From the NCBI RefSeq assembly GCF_036492835.1, contig NZ_AP025314.1:2210010-2274009 (forward strand): DNA of 64,000 nt, in the 5' to 3' direction. The notes under the pieces were generated by a model, which had not been told where the DNA came from, did no database searches, and worked only from the letters and a program-made list of their open reading frames with translations. Positions 48,468 through 57,526 of the stretch are shown here, piece by piece. The first letter of the stretch is position 1; each line of letters opens with the position of its first letter. This DNA is from Fulvitalea axinellae. GTDB lineage: Bacteria > Bacteroidota > Bacteroidia > Cytophagales > Cyclobacteriaceae. Both the position numbers and the translations under genes were made by a program.

Positions 48468-49106
48468 ATGTATAACTTTAAAAGTTTCGCGTTTAACCTA
48501 AAGACCTTAGAGTTCTATGATGTAAGACCTAAGTACTTGAGGTATCTTGATAATTGGGATATTTCAGGAAAAGGAGGTGGGGGAACGGCGAATGGAAAAG
48601 TAATGTATTTGAGTGTTTGTATTCTTTTGGACTTAACGAAATGTGTGTGTTGCAATAAGTCAATCACGCATTACGAAAGCTTGCATACCAATGGAGATTG
48701 GCTGTGGAGCGGTGATTTGAATCATTATTTACTTCACCATAAGCTCTTTATTTCGGATGAGTTTGCGGAGGCGGTACAACAAGTGCCGGATAGAAGAGCC
48801 TGTATCGAGATTACGGAGCGTTTTGAGGAGTTTATTGATAATAGATTTTCGTCATTTTCTCAATATTTAAAGAGTGGAGATGTGAAAATCAAAGTGTTGG
48901 CTCGTTGTGGCAACGAAAATAAGAACTGGCATTGGGTGGACCGCAATCCGCCTTATATTGAGGGAGATAAACCTGGAAGTGAGAGAGAGCGAAAGCATTT
49001 TTTTATAGAAGATAAAGCTATTGATGGTTATAAGTTTTATGCGGTAGACTATATCTCAGAAGACTGCGGTGAATTTGATAAAAATATGAGGCTGGTTTAT
49101 TACTAG
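48468..49106 (+). CDS. Hypothetical Cys/His-rich protein
   Basis: 212 aa. CVCCNKSITHYESLHTNGDWLWSGDLNHYLLHH suggests a metal-binding site. There is no signal peptide. Confidence 0.45.
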   Translation: MYNFKSFAFNLKTLEFYDVRPKYLRYLDNWDISGKGGGGTANGKVMYLSVCILLDLTKCVCCNKSITHYESLHTNGDWLWSGDLNHYLLHHKLFISDEFAEAVQQVPDRRACIEITERFEEFIDNRFSSFSQYLKSGDVKIKVLARCGNENKNWHWVDRNPPYIEGDKPGSERERKHFFIEDKAIDGYKFYAVDYISEDCGEFDKNMRLVYY

Positions 49107-49189
49107 AGATTTTTTCAATGCTTTCTCAGGAAATAAACGGAGGTATGAACGTGGGTTTTGGATAAAAAATTATATGTTCCCGATGTCTT

Positions 49190-50038
49190 ATGAAAGATAT
49201 CCCGATAAGAACTGTCCAACCGTCCGATTTTACCGGAAATTTTACGATCAGAAACCTGAGCGATGTCCTGATGGATAAGGATATGAACGAGGGACTACAT
49301 CGTCACGATTTCTATTTTCTTTTGATTCTTCGGAAGGGAGAGGGAGAACACCATATAGATTTCCAGCATTATCCCGTGGGCGACAGAATGGTTTTTCTGA
49401 TTCGTCCTTGGCAGGTGCATCAGTTGAGGCTTAAGCGGGGGAATAAGGGATACCTTTTGTTTTTCGACGCGTCGTTTTACCCGTCCAAAGAACCGCAACG
49501 TATGGCGATGCTTAGGAAGGTGGCCCTGACTAACGCCTATACCTTGCCACAGTCGGAGTTTGCCAGACTGTTATCGGTTGCGGAATCCATTTTTGAGGAA
49601 TACAAGGGGCGGGGCTTTGCGTATAAGGAGGCCGTAAAAGCGTATTTGGAAATCATTTTTATAGAATTGGGCAGGCAGTGCCGAACGGGGGTTGATGAGC
49701 GAAATCCCGATTCACTGAAGAGGTTACAGCTTGAGGAGTTTCTGGATTTGCTGGAAACCCGGATTTGCGAACAGAAGCAGGTTTCTTATTACGCGGAGCG
49801 CTTGAGTCTTACGCCTTATCAACTAAACGCGATGACCAAGAGGGCTTTGGGAGCGACTTGCTCGCAGTTGATAACCAAGCAGATCGTATTGGAGGCGAAG
49901 CGTAATTTGTTGGCCACCTCAAGCCAAGTCAACGAAATCGCTCACGGATTGGGCTATGAGGATCCCGCTTATTTTATCCGATTTTTTAAAAAACAGACAG
50001 GCTTTACCCCTGAAGCTTTTCGTAAGAACTTTAGCTAA
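49190..50038 (+). CDS. AraC-family transcriptional regulator
   Basis: 282 aa. It has an N-terminal cupin-like sensing domain and a C-terminal double HTH (VNEIAHGLGYEDPAYFIRFFKKQTGFTPEAFRKN). Confidence 0.85.
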   Translation: MKDIPIRTVQPSDFTGNFTIRNLSDVLMDKDMNEGLHRHDFYFLLILRKGEGEHHIDFQHYPVGDRMVFLIRPWQVHQLRLKRGNKGYLLFFDASFYPSKEPQRMAMLRKVALTNAYTLPQSEFARLLSVAESIFEEYKGRGFAYKEAVKAYLEIIFIELGRQCRTGVDERNPDSLKRLQLEEFLDLLETRICEQKQVSYYAERLSLTPYQLNAMTKRALGATCSQLITKQIVLEAKRNLLATSSQVNEIAHGLGYEDPAYFIRFFKKQTGFTPEAFRKNFS

Positions 50039-50105
50039 GTCCTGCCGTTTTTGCGGGATGTCCTATCCGTCAAGTGTCCTTCAGCCGTAATTTTGTTCAA
50101 AAATT

Positions 50106-50597
50106 ATGACTATGAGCACATTATTCAAAACCCTTATCGTTGGCGTTGGAGCTACCGTTGTTATGGATGTTTTTACCTTCTTATTGAATCTGATAGGCAT
50201 AAAAACGCTGGATTACCGTCTTCTTGGGCGTTGGGTTGGGCATATGTTTAAAGGGAGGTTTAGTCATCAGACGATCGTCGATTCCCTTCCGCTGCCATAT
50301 GAGCAACTGATTGGATGGTTTACGCATTACGCTATCGGAATATCCTTTTCGTTTCTTTTGGTAGCTGTTGTGGGCGATAAATGGTTGGAGTCGCCAAGTC
50401 CTTTGCCGGCTTTGGTTTTCGGAATCGTGACCATTGTGGCTCCGTTCTTTCTGATGCAACCGGCTTTCGGTTTCGGCCTTGCGGCTTCGAATCTTCCCGA
50501 TCCGGGAAAAGTCCGGATGCTGAGTTTCGTAATACACGCCGTTTTCGGGATGGGATTGTATTTGAGCGCTTTTTTGTTGGCCTTGCGGACGAGGTAA
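50106..50597 (+). CDS. DUF2938-like polytopic membrane protein
   Basis: 163 aa with 4-5 hydrophobic helices, a G/A/V-rich composition and a conserved YAIGISF-type segment. Confidence 0.6.
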   Translation: MTMSTLFKTLIVGVGATVVMDVFTFLLNLIGIKTLDYRLLGRWVGHMFKGRFSHQTIVDSLPLPYEQLIGWFTHYAIGISFSFLLVAVVGDKWLESPSPLPALVFGIVTIVAPFFLMQPAFGFGLAASNLPDPGKVRMLSFVIHAVFGMGLYLSAFLLALRTR

Positions 50598-50685
50598 TTT
50601 GCCTGATACCTTCCGCCCACTTAATGAGCGGGCCATTTTCTGAACCAAAGACCGCTGTTTTCACTTCAATACAGAAAAAGCGTTT

Positions 50686-51405
50686 ATGGGTATGCGTCAT
50701 GCGGTAATTACGGGTGCGAGCAAAGGGTTGGGCTTTGTGACGGCAAAGGTTTTGTCTGAGAATGGATTTGAGGTAACGGGCATTGCCCGAAAGGCGCCGG
50801 ACGAGTTTCCGGGTAACTTTTACGAGGCAGACCTGTCCAACGCCGAAGCTACAAAAGAGGTTTTGGAACGGATTGCGACCGAACGTACGGTTGACGCTTT
50901 GTTTAATAATGTCGGAACGGTAAATCCGCAGTCTATCGATGAGTGGACCTGCGAGAGTTTTGATGAGGTGATAAATCTCACCCTGCGTACCGCAATGTTG
51001 ACTACCCAAGCTTTCGTGCCGGGAATGCGGGCCAAGGGCTGGGGACGTATAGTCAATATGTCCAGTATTTTGGCTTTGGGCTATCCGAATCGCTCGAGTT
51101 ATTGCGCTTCTAAGTCGGCGATGCTAGGCCTGACCCGCAGTTGGGCGATGGAATTGGTAAAAGACGGGATCACGGTAAATGCCGTGGCGCCCGGGTTTAT
51201 CGAGACGGACCTTTTCAGGCGGGCGAATCCGCCGGGAAGCGATGGCGAAAAAAGGTATGTGTCGATGATTCCGAACGGGCGGATAGGGAAGCCCGAGGAT
51301 GTAGCCGAAACTGTCAGGTTTCTGATGTCCGAGTCTGCGTCTTATATTACCGGTCAGACGCTGTATGTTGACGGGGGCGTTACTTTGGGGCGGTTGGGGT
51401 TTTAA
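50686..51405 (+). CDS. Short-chain dehydrogenase/reductase (SDR) family oxidoreductase
   Basis: 239 aa. ITGASKGLGFVTAKVL is a Rossmann TGxxxGxG motif, NNVG is present, and YCASKSAMLGLTRSWAMEL is the catalytic YxxxK. Confidence 0.85.
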   Translation: MGMRHAVITGASKGLGFVTAKVLSENGFEVTGIARKAPDEFPGNFYEADLSNAEATKEVLERIATERTVDALFNNVGTVNPQSIDEWTCESFDEVINLTLRTAMLTTQAFVPGMRAKGWGRIVNMSSILALGYPNRSSYCASKSAMLGLTRSWAMELVKDGITVNAVAPGFIETDLFRRANPPGSDGEKRYVSMIPNGRIGKPEDVAETVRFLMSESASYITGQTLYVDGGVTLGRLGF

Positions 51406-51426
51406 GGCGGAATTAAAATATCAAGA

Positions 51427-51461
51427 GAAGTGGGCGTTGGTGCCAACGCCCACTTTTTTAT
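51427..51461 (+). terminator. Rho-independent terminator after the SDR gene
   Basis: gaagtgggcgttgg-tgcc-aacgcccac followed by TTTTTTAT. Confidence 0.65.
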
Positions 51462-51663
51462 CATTAAACAGTAAAAGGGCTACGTCGTATGTTCGCGCTT
51501 GTTAGGAACCGTGAAAAAATTTGACTCAATAAAATCCGAAACATTAAAGGTTGTCAAACTGGAAGTAACCCCACCAAAGACTTTGTTGGATAAACTGGAG
51601 GGGCGTGGAGGTATTGAAATCTTGTGGGATTTAGTTTTGTGATTTTTAAACCTAACGGTTTTT

Positions 51664-52647
51664 TTATGGATCATGATAGGGAGTCGAAAAAGTAAAGCTG
51701 AGATTTAAGCCTTGCAAAGCCGATTGAAGGCTCAAACCTCGTGAAACCAATTTTTTAGATTTTATAAATCGCTTAACCGAACGGTTTATTCTGGGGTATT
51801 CAGCCAAGCGTTCCAATTTTTTGATTAGGTTGTCGGGAAATGCTTTTTTGCCGATGAGTGTTCCCATGATTTGCCCGGCAATTGAACAGTTTGTGTCCGT
51901 GTCTCCACCGATCGAAACCAGTTTCGAAAAAATCTCTTCCGGGCCAAATGCAAGTGTTTGGTTGGCCGCCGCGATAGCCAAGGGTACCGAGTTTACAACA
52001 TACCCGTCATTTCCCAAGGCGCCGATGGCTTCTAGGTTTTCCATTTCTTTAACCCTGATTAGCCTGTCCCTGACCCTTGTGTCGGGAATCTGCGGGATTA
52101 TTTTTTCGACCAAACAAGATTTGCCGTTCCAGTTTCCGTTGAGAATCTCCCTTATGGCCAGAACTACGCATTTTGCCCCAACGTACGCTTCGTCATTGTG
52201 ATGGGTGAGAAAACAAATATCCCGAACAATTGAATAATCTATTTCGTCAAGAAAGGCCAGTGGAGCTATGCGCATGGCGGGCCCATTCCCGGCCGCATAT
52301 TCGCCTTTTCGTCCCGCAAGACTCCAATGAGCGCCAACATCCAAGGCCCTGAAGGCTCCCAAAGTACTGGCGCCAAGTCCCGATAATTTGCCTTTTCTAA
52401 AGTCGCTTAAGAATTTATCCGCTATCGTTTCCGGACTAATCTCCGCCGTCTCGGTCATAGCCTCAACCGTAGCCAATGTCAATTGCGTATCATCGGTAAT
52501 CTGCCATTTGGGCTCTTGGGTTTTCGGTTTTCCAAAAAGGTAATATGCCGATTCGTTTTCTTTAGTCAAATACTCGTAGCCACTGCCGTAAGCGTCTCCG
52601 ATAGCGCCCCCGAGTATGCATCCTTCGAACTGATCCGCCTTGTTCAT
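51664..52647 (-). CDS. ADP-ribosylglycohydrolase family protein
   Basis: The ORF is open to 52788, but the likely start is MNKADQFEGCILGGAIGDAYGSGYEY at 52647, the hallmark N-terminal motif of the ADP-ribosylglycohydrolase fold. A C-terminal GGDTDTNCSIAGQIMG metal-site motif is present. Confidence 0.8.
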   Translation of the reverse strand: MNKADQFEGCILGGAIGDAYGSGYEYLTKENESAYYLFGKPKTQEPKWQITDDTQLTLATVEAMTETAEISPETIADKFLSDFRKGKLSGLGASTLGAFRALDVGAHWSLAGRKGEYAAGNGPAMRIAPLAFLDEIDYSIVRDICFLTHHNDEAYVGAKCVVLAIREILNGNWNGKSCLVEKIIPQIPDTRVRDRLIRVKEMENLEAIGALGNDGYVVNSVPLAIAAANQTLAFGPEEIFSKLVSIGGDTDTNCSIAGQIMGTLIGKKAFPDNLIKKLERLAEYPRINRSVKRFIKSKKLVSRGLSLQSALQGLNLSFTFSTPYHDP

Positions 52648-52702
52648 GAATTGGGTTTTGAAAGCTTTCGCAAAGATATAGAGATTATTTGTTTGGAGCC
52701 GA

Positions 52703-53632
52703 TTAGTCCATGGTCCTGAATTCCGAAGGCAACATGCCGGTGTTTTTTTTGAAAAAACGGGTGAAGTACGAAGGGTCTTCGTAGCCAAGCTGGAAGGCGA
52801 TTTCGTTTACGCTGAGCGCTGTCTGCTTTAGTAAAACCTTAGCGCCCAATACCAAGGCTTTTGTTAGCCAATCCCGAGCCGTTTCCCCCGTTAATTGTTT
52901 TACGGTTTTGTTCAGGTGGTTGGGAGAAACGTGCAGTTTGTCGGCATAAAACTTTACAGAATGCTCTTTTGAGATATGTTTGAAAATGACGCTCTTGAAA
53001 CTGTTCATCAAATCTTCCTGCCGTGAAAAATTACTGATGTCAATCTGTTCCGGAAGAGCGCTGTTCAGCTCAAATAGCATGGCGACCAAATACGCTCTGA
53101 GTTTGCCCGCGTTGTGCGGTCCATGGTACTCTTGGTGCATCCTTTCCAAAATACTGGAAACGGCTTCAAACGTATCCTGATTAAGGGTCAGGGCGTGATG
53201 ATGCATGAACTGGTTTAGCCTTTCGAACTGTTTGGTGACATTGGTGGTGAATTGCGATTGGATAAGAAAATCGTAACTGAAATGACAATAGAAGCCTTGT
53301 ACGTCCTTTGAAAAACCCAAAAGGGAGGTGATTTGGTCTTGTTGCCAGAGATGTGCCTGGCCTTTGCGGACCTTCACCTCGTTGAGGTTGCACATCTTGG
53401 TCATCTCACCGTCAGTTATGAGGTAGAATTGGGAAACCTCCCTTCGGTAAGGAGGTATGGGCAATTTAATTATGTTCTTGAATTCCTCGAATTTGGCTAT
53501 CAGAAACCTGTCCGGATCCCCTTTGTACAAATGGTCACGTTCGCTTCCTTTTTCAAAGAATTTTTCCCTGAACTCGCTTGTCGAAAATTTTGATATGCTT
53601 GATTCCTGTGCGTTGCGTTTCATTCTGCTCAT
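52703..53632 (-). CDS. AraC-family transcriptional regulator
   Basis: 309 aa with C-terminal HTH VNEIAFQLGYEDPSYFTRFFKKNTGMLPSEFR. Confidence 0.85.
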   Translation of the reverse strand: MSRMKRNAQESSISKFSTSEFREKFFEKGSERDHLYKGDPDRFLIAKFEEFKNIIKLPIPPYRREVSQFYLITDGEMTKMCNLNEVKVRKGQAHLWQQDQITSLLGFSKDVQGFYCHFSYDFLIQSQFTTNVTKQFERLNQFMHHHALTLNQDTFEAVSSILERMHQEYHGPHNAGKLRAYLVAMLFELNSALPEQIDISNFSRQEDLMNSFKSVIFKHISKEHSVKFYADKLHVSPNHLNKTVKQLTGETARDWLTKALVLGAKVLLKQTALSVNEIAFQLGYEDPSYFTRFFKKNTGMLPSEFRTMD

Positions 53633-53765
53633 CTATCTCCAAACTTAATAGGTAACGCCTTGATTGTCGATACGTTAGATTGTTTTGTTCTGTTATTCGA
53701 TTGTTTTAAGCTAATTCTATGAGGGGGATATGGTTTAAATTTGTAGCAAAACAAAAGATAATGCA

Positions 53766-54938
53766 ATGAATAAATTTAATTTTAATCATTTACTGCTTTT
53801 TATAGCAACGGTAATTGTGGGTGTTGGATGCGACAAATGTGACGATACTGATCCGCAAGACCCCGATGACGGAAAGAAACAGATGTTTGTGACTTCGGCG
53901 ATGACAACCGATACGCAAATGACGCTGAAAAGCGTATTCTTCGTAAACGAAAGACTGGGTTACGCCACCGGCGGAGATCCTCTTATGTATCCAAAGTCGA
54001 GATGTGTTATTCTTAAGACCGTGGACGGCGGTGAAAACTGGAATACGGTTTGGGACAAGACATACGACCATCCGGGAGTGATTGCCGAATCCGTTTACGC
54101 AACGTCCGAAGACGATGTTTTCGTGGCTTATTCGAATGCCGCTATTTTTAGAAGTGGCGACGCTGGAGCCTCATGGGAAAAAGTGTGCGATTATTCTCAC
54201 AAAAAATCGAGGCTAACGGGCATTGCCTTCAGTGACGCAAATAACGGTATGGCAGTGGGCAATTTGTCTAACGGAACGGAAGGTTATATCCTGACTACGT
54301 CGGATGGGGGCGAACACTGGGATGATCCGCTGGATCCGCACTGGCGTAAGTCTTCGACGGAGTCGAACGTTTTAAAAGAAGCGGTTAAAAACAATCCTTT
54401 TTCATCGATTAATTTTTTCCACGGAAACCAGATGGAAGTGACGACTTATTTGACGGGCGGATTGTTGAACCGTGGGGTCGTTACGTCACATCAAAAAAGT
54501 TCAGATCAATGGAACGTGATGGAACCGAACAACCCTACGGCGCCTCGATTTGAGGATTTGGCGGTTGAGTACAAATTCATTGTGGCTGTGGGAAGTAACG
54601 GCGTTATTAGCGGAAACAATGAAAAAGGTGCGATGTATGCTTCTAAAGACGGTGCGGGTGCGCAATGGTTGCCCATAGATTATGGAGCCGATAACAAGCT
54701 GAAAGCGGTGGGACTCAAGAATAACACTATCGTGGCTGTGGGTTGGAATAAAGCCAATAATTTGACAAAGCCCGAGTTCGTGACTGTGTCTTTGGACAAA
54801 GGGGACACGTGGCAACGAATTCAGCACGACCACGTAACCGCAGGTTGGGAGGATGTTTTTATGGTCTCGGATAAGAAAATATTTATGGTGGGAAGCAAAG
54901 GCCTGATCATGAAGCTGGAAATCAATGCGGGTTCATGA
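53766..54938 (+). CDS. BNR/Ycf48-like beta-propeller lipoprotein
   Basis: 390 aa with lipobox (VGVGCDKCDD). It has repeated S/T-x-D-G-G-x-x-W motifs (TVDGGENWNT, SGDAGASWEKV, TSDGGEHWDD, SLDKGDTWQRI). Confidence 0.75.
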   Translation: MNKFNFNHLLLFIATVIVGVGCDKCDDTDPQDPDDGKKQMFVTSAMTTDTQMTLKSVFFVNERLGYATGGDPLMYPKSRCVILKTVDGGENWNTVWDKTYDHPGVIAESVYATSEDDVFVAYSNAAIFRSGDAGASWEKVCDYSHKKSRLTGIAFSDANNGMAVGNLSNGTEGYILTTSDGGEHWDDPLDPHWRKSSTESNVLKEAVKNNPFSSINFFHGNQMEVTTYLTGGLLNRGVVTSHQKSSDQWNVMEPNNPTAPRFEDLAVEYKFIVAVGSNGVISGNNEKGAMYASKDGAGAQWLPIDYGADNKLKAVGLKNNTIVAVGWNKANNLTKPEFVTVSLDKGDTWQRIQHDHVTAGWEDVFMVSDKKIFMVGSKGLIMKLEINAGS

Positions 54939-55032
54939 TCCGCAAATGCCCAAATTGTGTTTTCTCATAATAACCTTAAAACCCCGATAGGTCTATGATT
55001 CTGGCTTGAACATGGCTTTAAGCCGAAAACCG

Positions 55033-55065
55033 AAAGCGGAACCTTAATGTGGTTCCGCTTTTATA
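55033..55065 (+). terminator. Rho-independent terminator
   Basis: aaagcggaacc-ttaatgt-ggttccgctttt followed by a T-rich tail. Confidence 0.55.
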
Positions 55066-55327
55066 TAGCGAGATGCTATAAGAGGTATTAGTCTATGGAG
55101 CTCAGTAGAGGCGATTTTTTTGGCTGGAATAAGAAGAAGCTTTGTTCGTTCGGATAAGGCGTTTTGATTTGTTTGTAAGGTTAAGTTCCATTTACCCGTA
55201 TGTCCCTGAAAAGGAGTGAAAACCATAATTTCCAATAAATGAAAAAGGGCCCGCTTGGGCCCTTTAGGATTAAATCAAACCGATCTATATAAAGAAGCAA
55301 TTGCCTAGCTATAGCGTTTTCGACCTC

Positions 55328-55735
55328 TTAATAAAAGAGCTTTACGACAGCGCTAAGATTTGAGCGGGTAAAGGCGGAAGTGATGACTTTTTCCCCTGCC
55401 TGGACCGTAAGTTTTTTGATTCCGTAAACGTCTTCTTTGAGAAGTCCTCCGAAATAGCGGATCACACGTGTTTTGTAATCGAGATCATCGATTTTTTTCA
55501 GGTTGATTAGTGTATGGGTGTCTTCCGATTTCTGTACGCTGTCGGGTTTTACCGTTACGGTCATTGTGCCGGTTTCTTTGGACAAGCTCACAGCGATAGT
55601 TTTGCCGTGGAAATCGCTTTTGTCGAGGACTTGTTGTTCTACTGCTTGAACTACGGCGTCTTTCTGGAGACCTTCGCAAAGACCTTGTGCCGTGAGGGTA
55701 AGAAGAAGTGCTATGGCTAGAATCAGGCTTTTCAT
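55328..55735 (-). CDS. Small secreted hypothetical protein
   Basis: 135 aa with signal peptide MKSLILAIALLLTLTAQG. Confidence 0.55.
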   Translation of the reverse strand: MKSLILAIALLLTLTAQGLCEGLQKDAVVQAVEQQVLDKSDFHGKTIAVSLSKETGTMTVTVKPDSVQKSEDTHTLINLKKIDDLDYKTRVIRYFGGLLKEDVYGIKKLTVQAGEKVITSAFTRSNLSAVVKLFY

Positions 55736-56166
55736 GGCATTGTATGTTTGTCGGTTATGCCAAATCTAATCCATAGGGCGTGCCAAATATCAGAATCGGC
55801 CTTTACGGGGGCGCTGAGGTGGTTTGTCTTTGGGGTTGCAAAAAACAGTGTATCGTTATCGGACATTTTTTATGTTGGATTTTGTTCGGTTTTGGAGCAT
55901 TAACGGGGCGGTATAGATTTGTGTGATTGCGTCAGTTCCGTACCTGTTGTGTTTTGCCGTTGAGTGAGACGGTCTGTTGGCTGAAGCCTATATGCATTTT
56001 TAGCTCCGGTTTCATTTTTTACACGGTTTACGGGGTGTTTCCGAAAGGAAAAAAAGACGAAATTTATTTCTGATTCTAAGGTCTGTGGATACGTAGGTCA
56101 CGATGATGACCTGGACCTGCATTCGTTTTGCGATTCCACGGAAATGCTTCTGAAGATCCGATAATT

Positions 56167-57513
56167 ATGACCGACACTATTAACTATCAATACGCCGTAG
56201 CCTCGGCATTGCGTAAAACCGCCGAGGCCGACGAACTTTTGCTTTCGGAATACAGCGAACTGGAACGGAAAACCGGAGCGCCGTGTTTTTTCTGGGGAAA
56301 ATTGGCCGATCCGTATATCACCGCCCGGTGCCTGATTACTCTGTCGAAGGTAGTGCAGTCCAGCTTTAACCTTTCGCCTTTTCAGCTCGCGTTATTGAAA
56401 GACCCGGTGGTGACGGCAGGAAACGATACGATACGGTTCGAAGGTTTTTCGCATTGCGCCGGGGTTTACGCGCGTGTAGATGTATTGCCGGATGGCCATG
56501 ACGGAGAGTTTTTGGACCAAGGCACTACCAATGTCGATTTTAACCAACCCATGATTGGTGCTTTGGGCAGTGTGCGCCGAAAAGAGGATGTGATGTTGGC
56601 CGTAGGGCAAAAATCGGTGAGCGTGGAGACGTCCGGCGCCAAGGTGGTTGAGCGGAAAGTGCCTTTGCCCACAAAGTGGATAAAAGGAATGACCACTGTC
56701 CAGCTGTATCTAGCCGATAGCGAGGAACGTTTCCGCCTTAACCGTTTGCAGGCTTTACAACTTTTCAGAAGCGTTCCGAAAAGCAAAGTGAAAACGGATT
56801 ATTTTTTGGGAATGAGAGGCACCCGCCCGGTCTTGTCGCCCGCCAAGATGCCCGACGGCGTTTGCGTGGGTGGTGTCCATCGTTTGCGCCTTGTCGAAGG
56901 CCTTTTGCCTTTGGTTGACGAGGTCCGGGTTTTCGCTCATAAAGACATGCAGTCCACTACTTGGCAATTGTATTTTGGGCCGGTTCGCTTCAATATCACG
57001 CTTTCCCGTGATGCTTGGCGGGGCTTCTCGGGCGAGGGTGCCGCTTTGGAATCTTTGATGGAAGATGTTCCCGAAACATTGATCCGCCGTTTCGACAATT
57101 ACAGCTTTGCGAACCAAAGTTTCAACGCCACGATGACCGCTATCCAAACCGATGTCGATTTTGCGAAAATCGATCAATTGACGGCGAGGCTGTCGGCGAT
57201 GGGGCTTTTGGGCTTTGATTTGGATGATAACGCTTTTTACTATCGTCGCCTTCCATTCAAAATGGAGCGAATCATGAGCTTGAACCCGAGGGCGAAAGGC
57301 GCCGAAAAACTCTTGGAAAAAGGCAAAGTAACGATCGTAAGCAAAGACCCGGATAGGGTGGAGGCCAGGGTTGAGGGAAGCGGTGTCCGCCACACAATCG
57401 TGATTAAGGGGGAGAAAGCCCAATGTACCTGCGCTTGGTATGCCAAAAACCAAGGGGAACGGGGAGCTTGCAAGCATGTGCTGGCTGTGAAAAAGATGTT
57501 AAACACGAAGTAA
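56167..57513 (+). CDS. SWIM zinc-finger domain protein
   Basis: The ORF starts at 56128, but the probable start is MTDTINYQ at 56167. A C-terminal CTCAWYAKNQGERGACKHVLAV (CxCx13CxH) is the canonical SWIM motif. The N-terminal approx. 400 aa are uncharacterised. Confidence 0.75.
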   Translation: MTDTINYQYAVASALRKTAEADELLLSEYSELERKTGAPCFFWGKLADPYITARCLITLSKVVQSSFNLSPFQLALLKDPVVTAGNDTIRFEGFSHCAGVYARVDVLPDGHDGEFLDQGTTNVDFNQPMIGALGSVRRKEDVMLAVGQKSVSVETSGAKVVERKVPLPTKWIKGMTTVQLYLADSEERFRLNRLQALQLFRSVPKSKVKTDYFLGMRGTRPVLSPAKMPDGVCVGGVHRLRLVEGLLPLVDEVRVFAHKDMQSTTWQLYFGPVRFNITLSRDAWRGFSGEGAALESLMEDVPETLIRRFDNYSFANQSFNATMTAIQTDVDFAKIDQLTARLSAMGLLGFDLDDNAFYYRRLPFKMERIMSLNPRAKGAEKLLEKGKVTIVSKDPDRVEARVEGSGVRHTIVIKGEKAQCTCAWYAKNQGERGACKHVLAVKKMLNTK

Positions 57514-57526
57514 GAAAGCCGGAGAG

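Noticed and set aside
50181-51009. Minus-strand ORFs of 155 and 225 aa overlapping the DUF2938 and SDR genes
   Set aside because: They overlap two well-supported + strand genes with clear motifs and have Arg/Lys/Pro-rich shadow translations.
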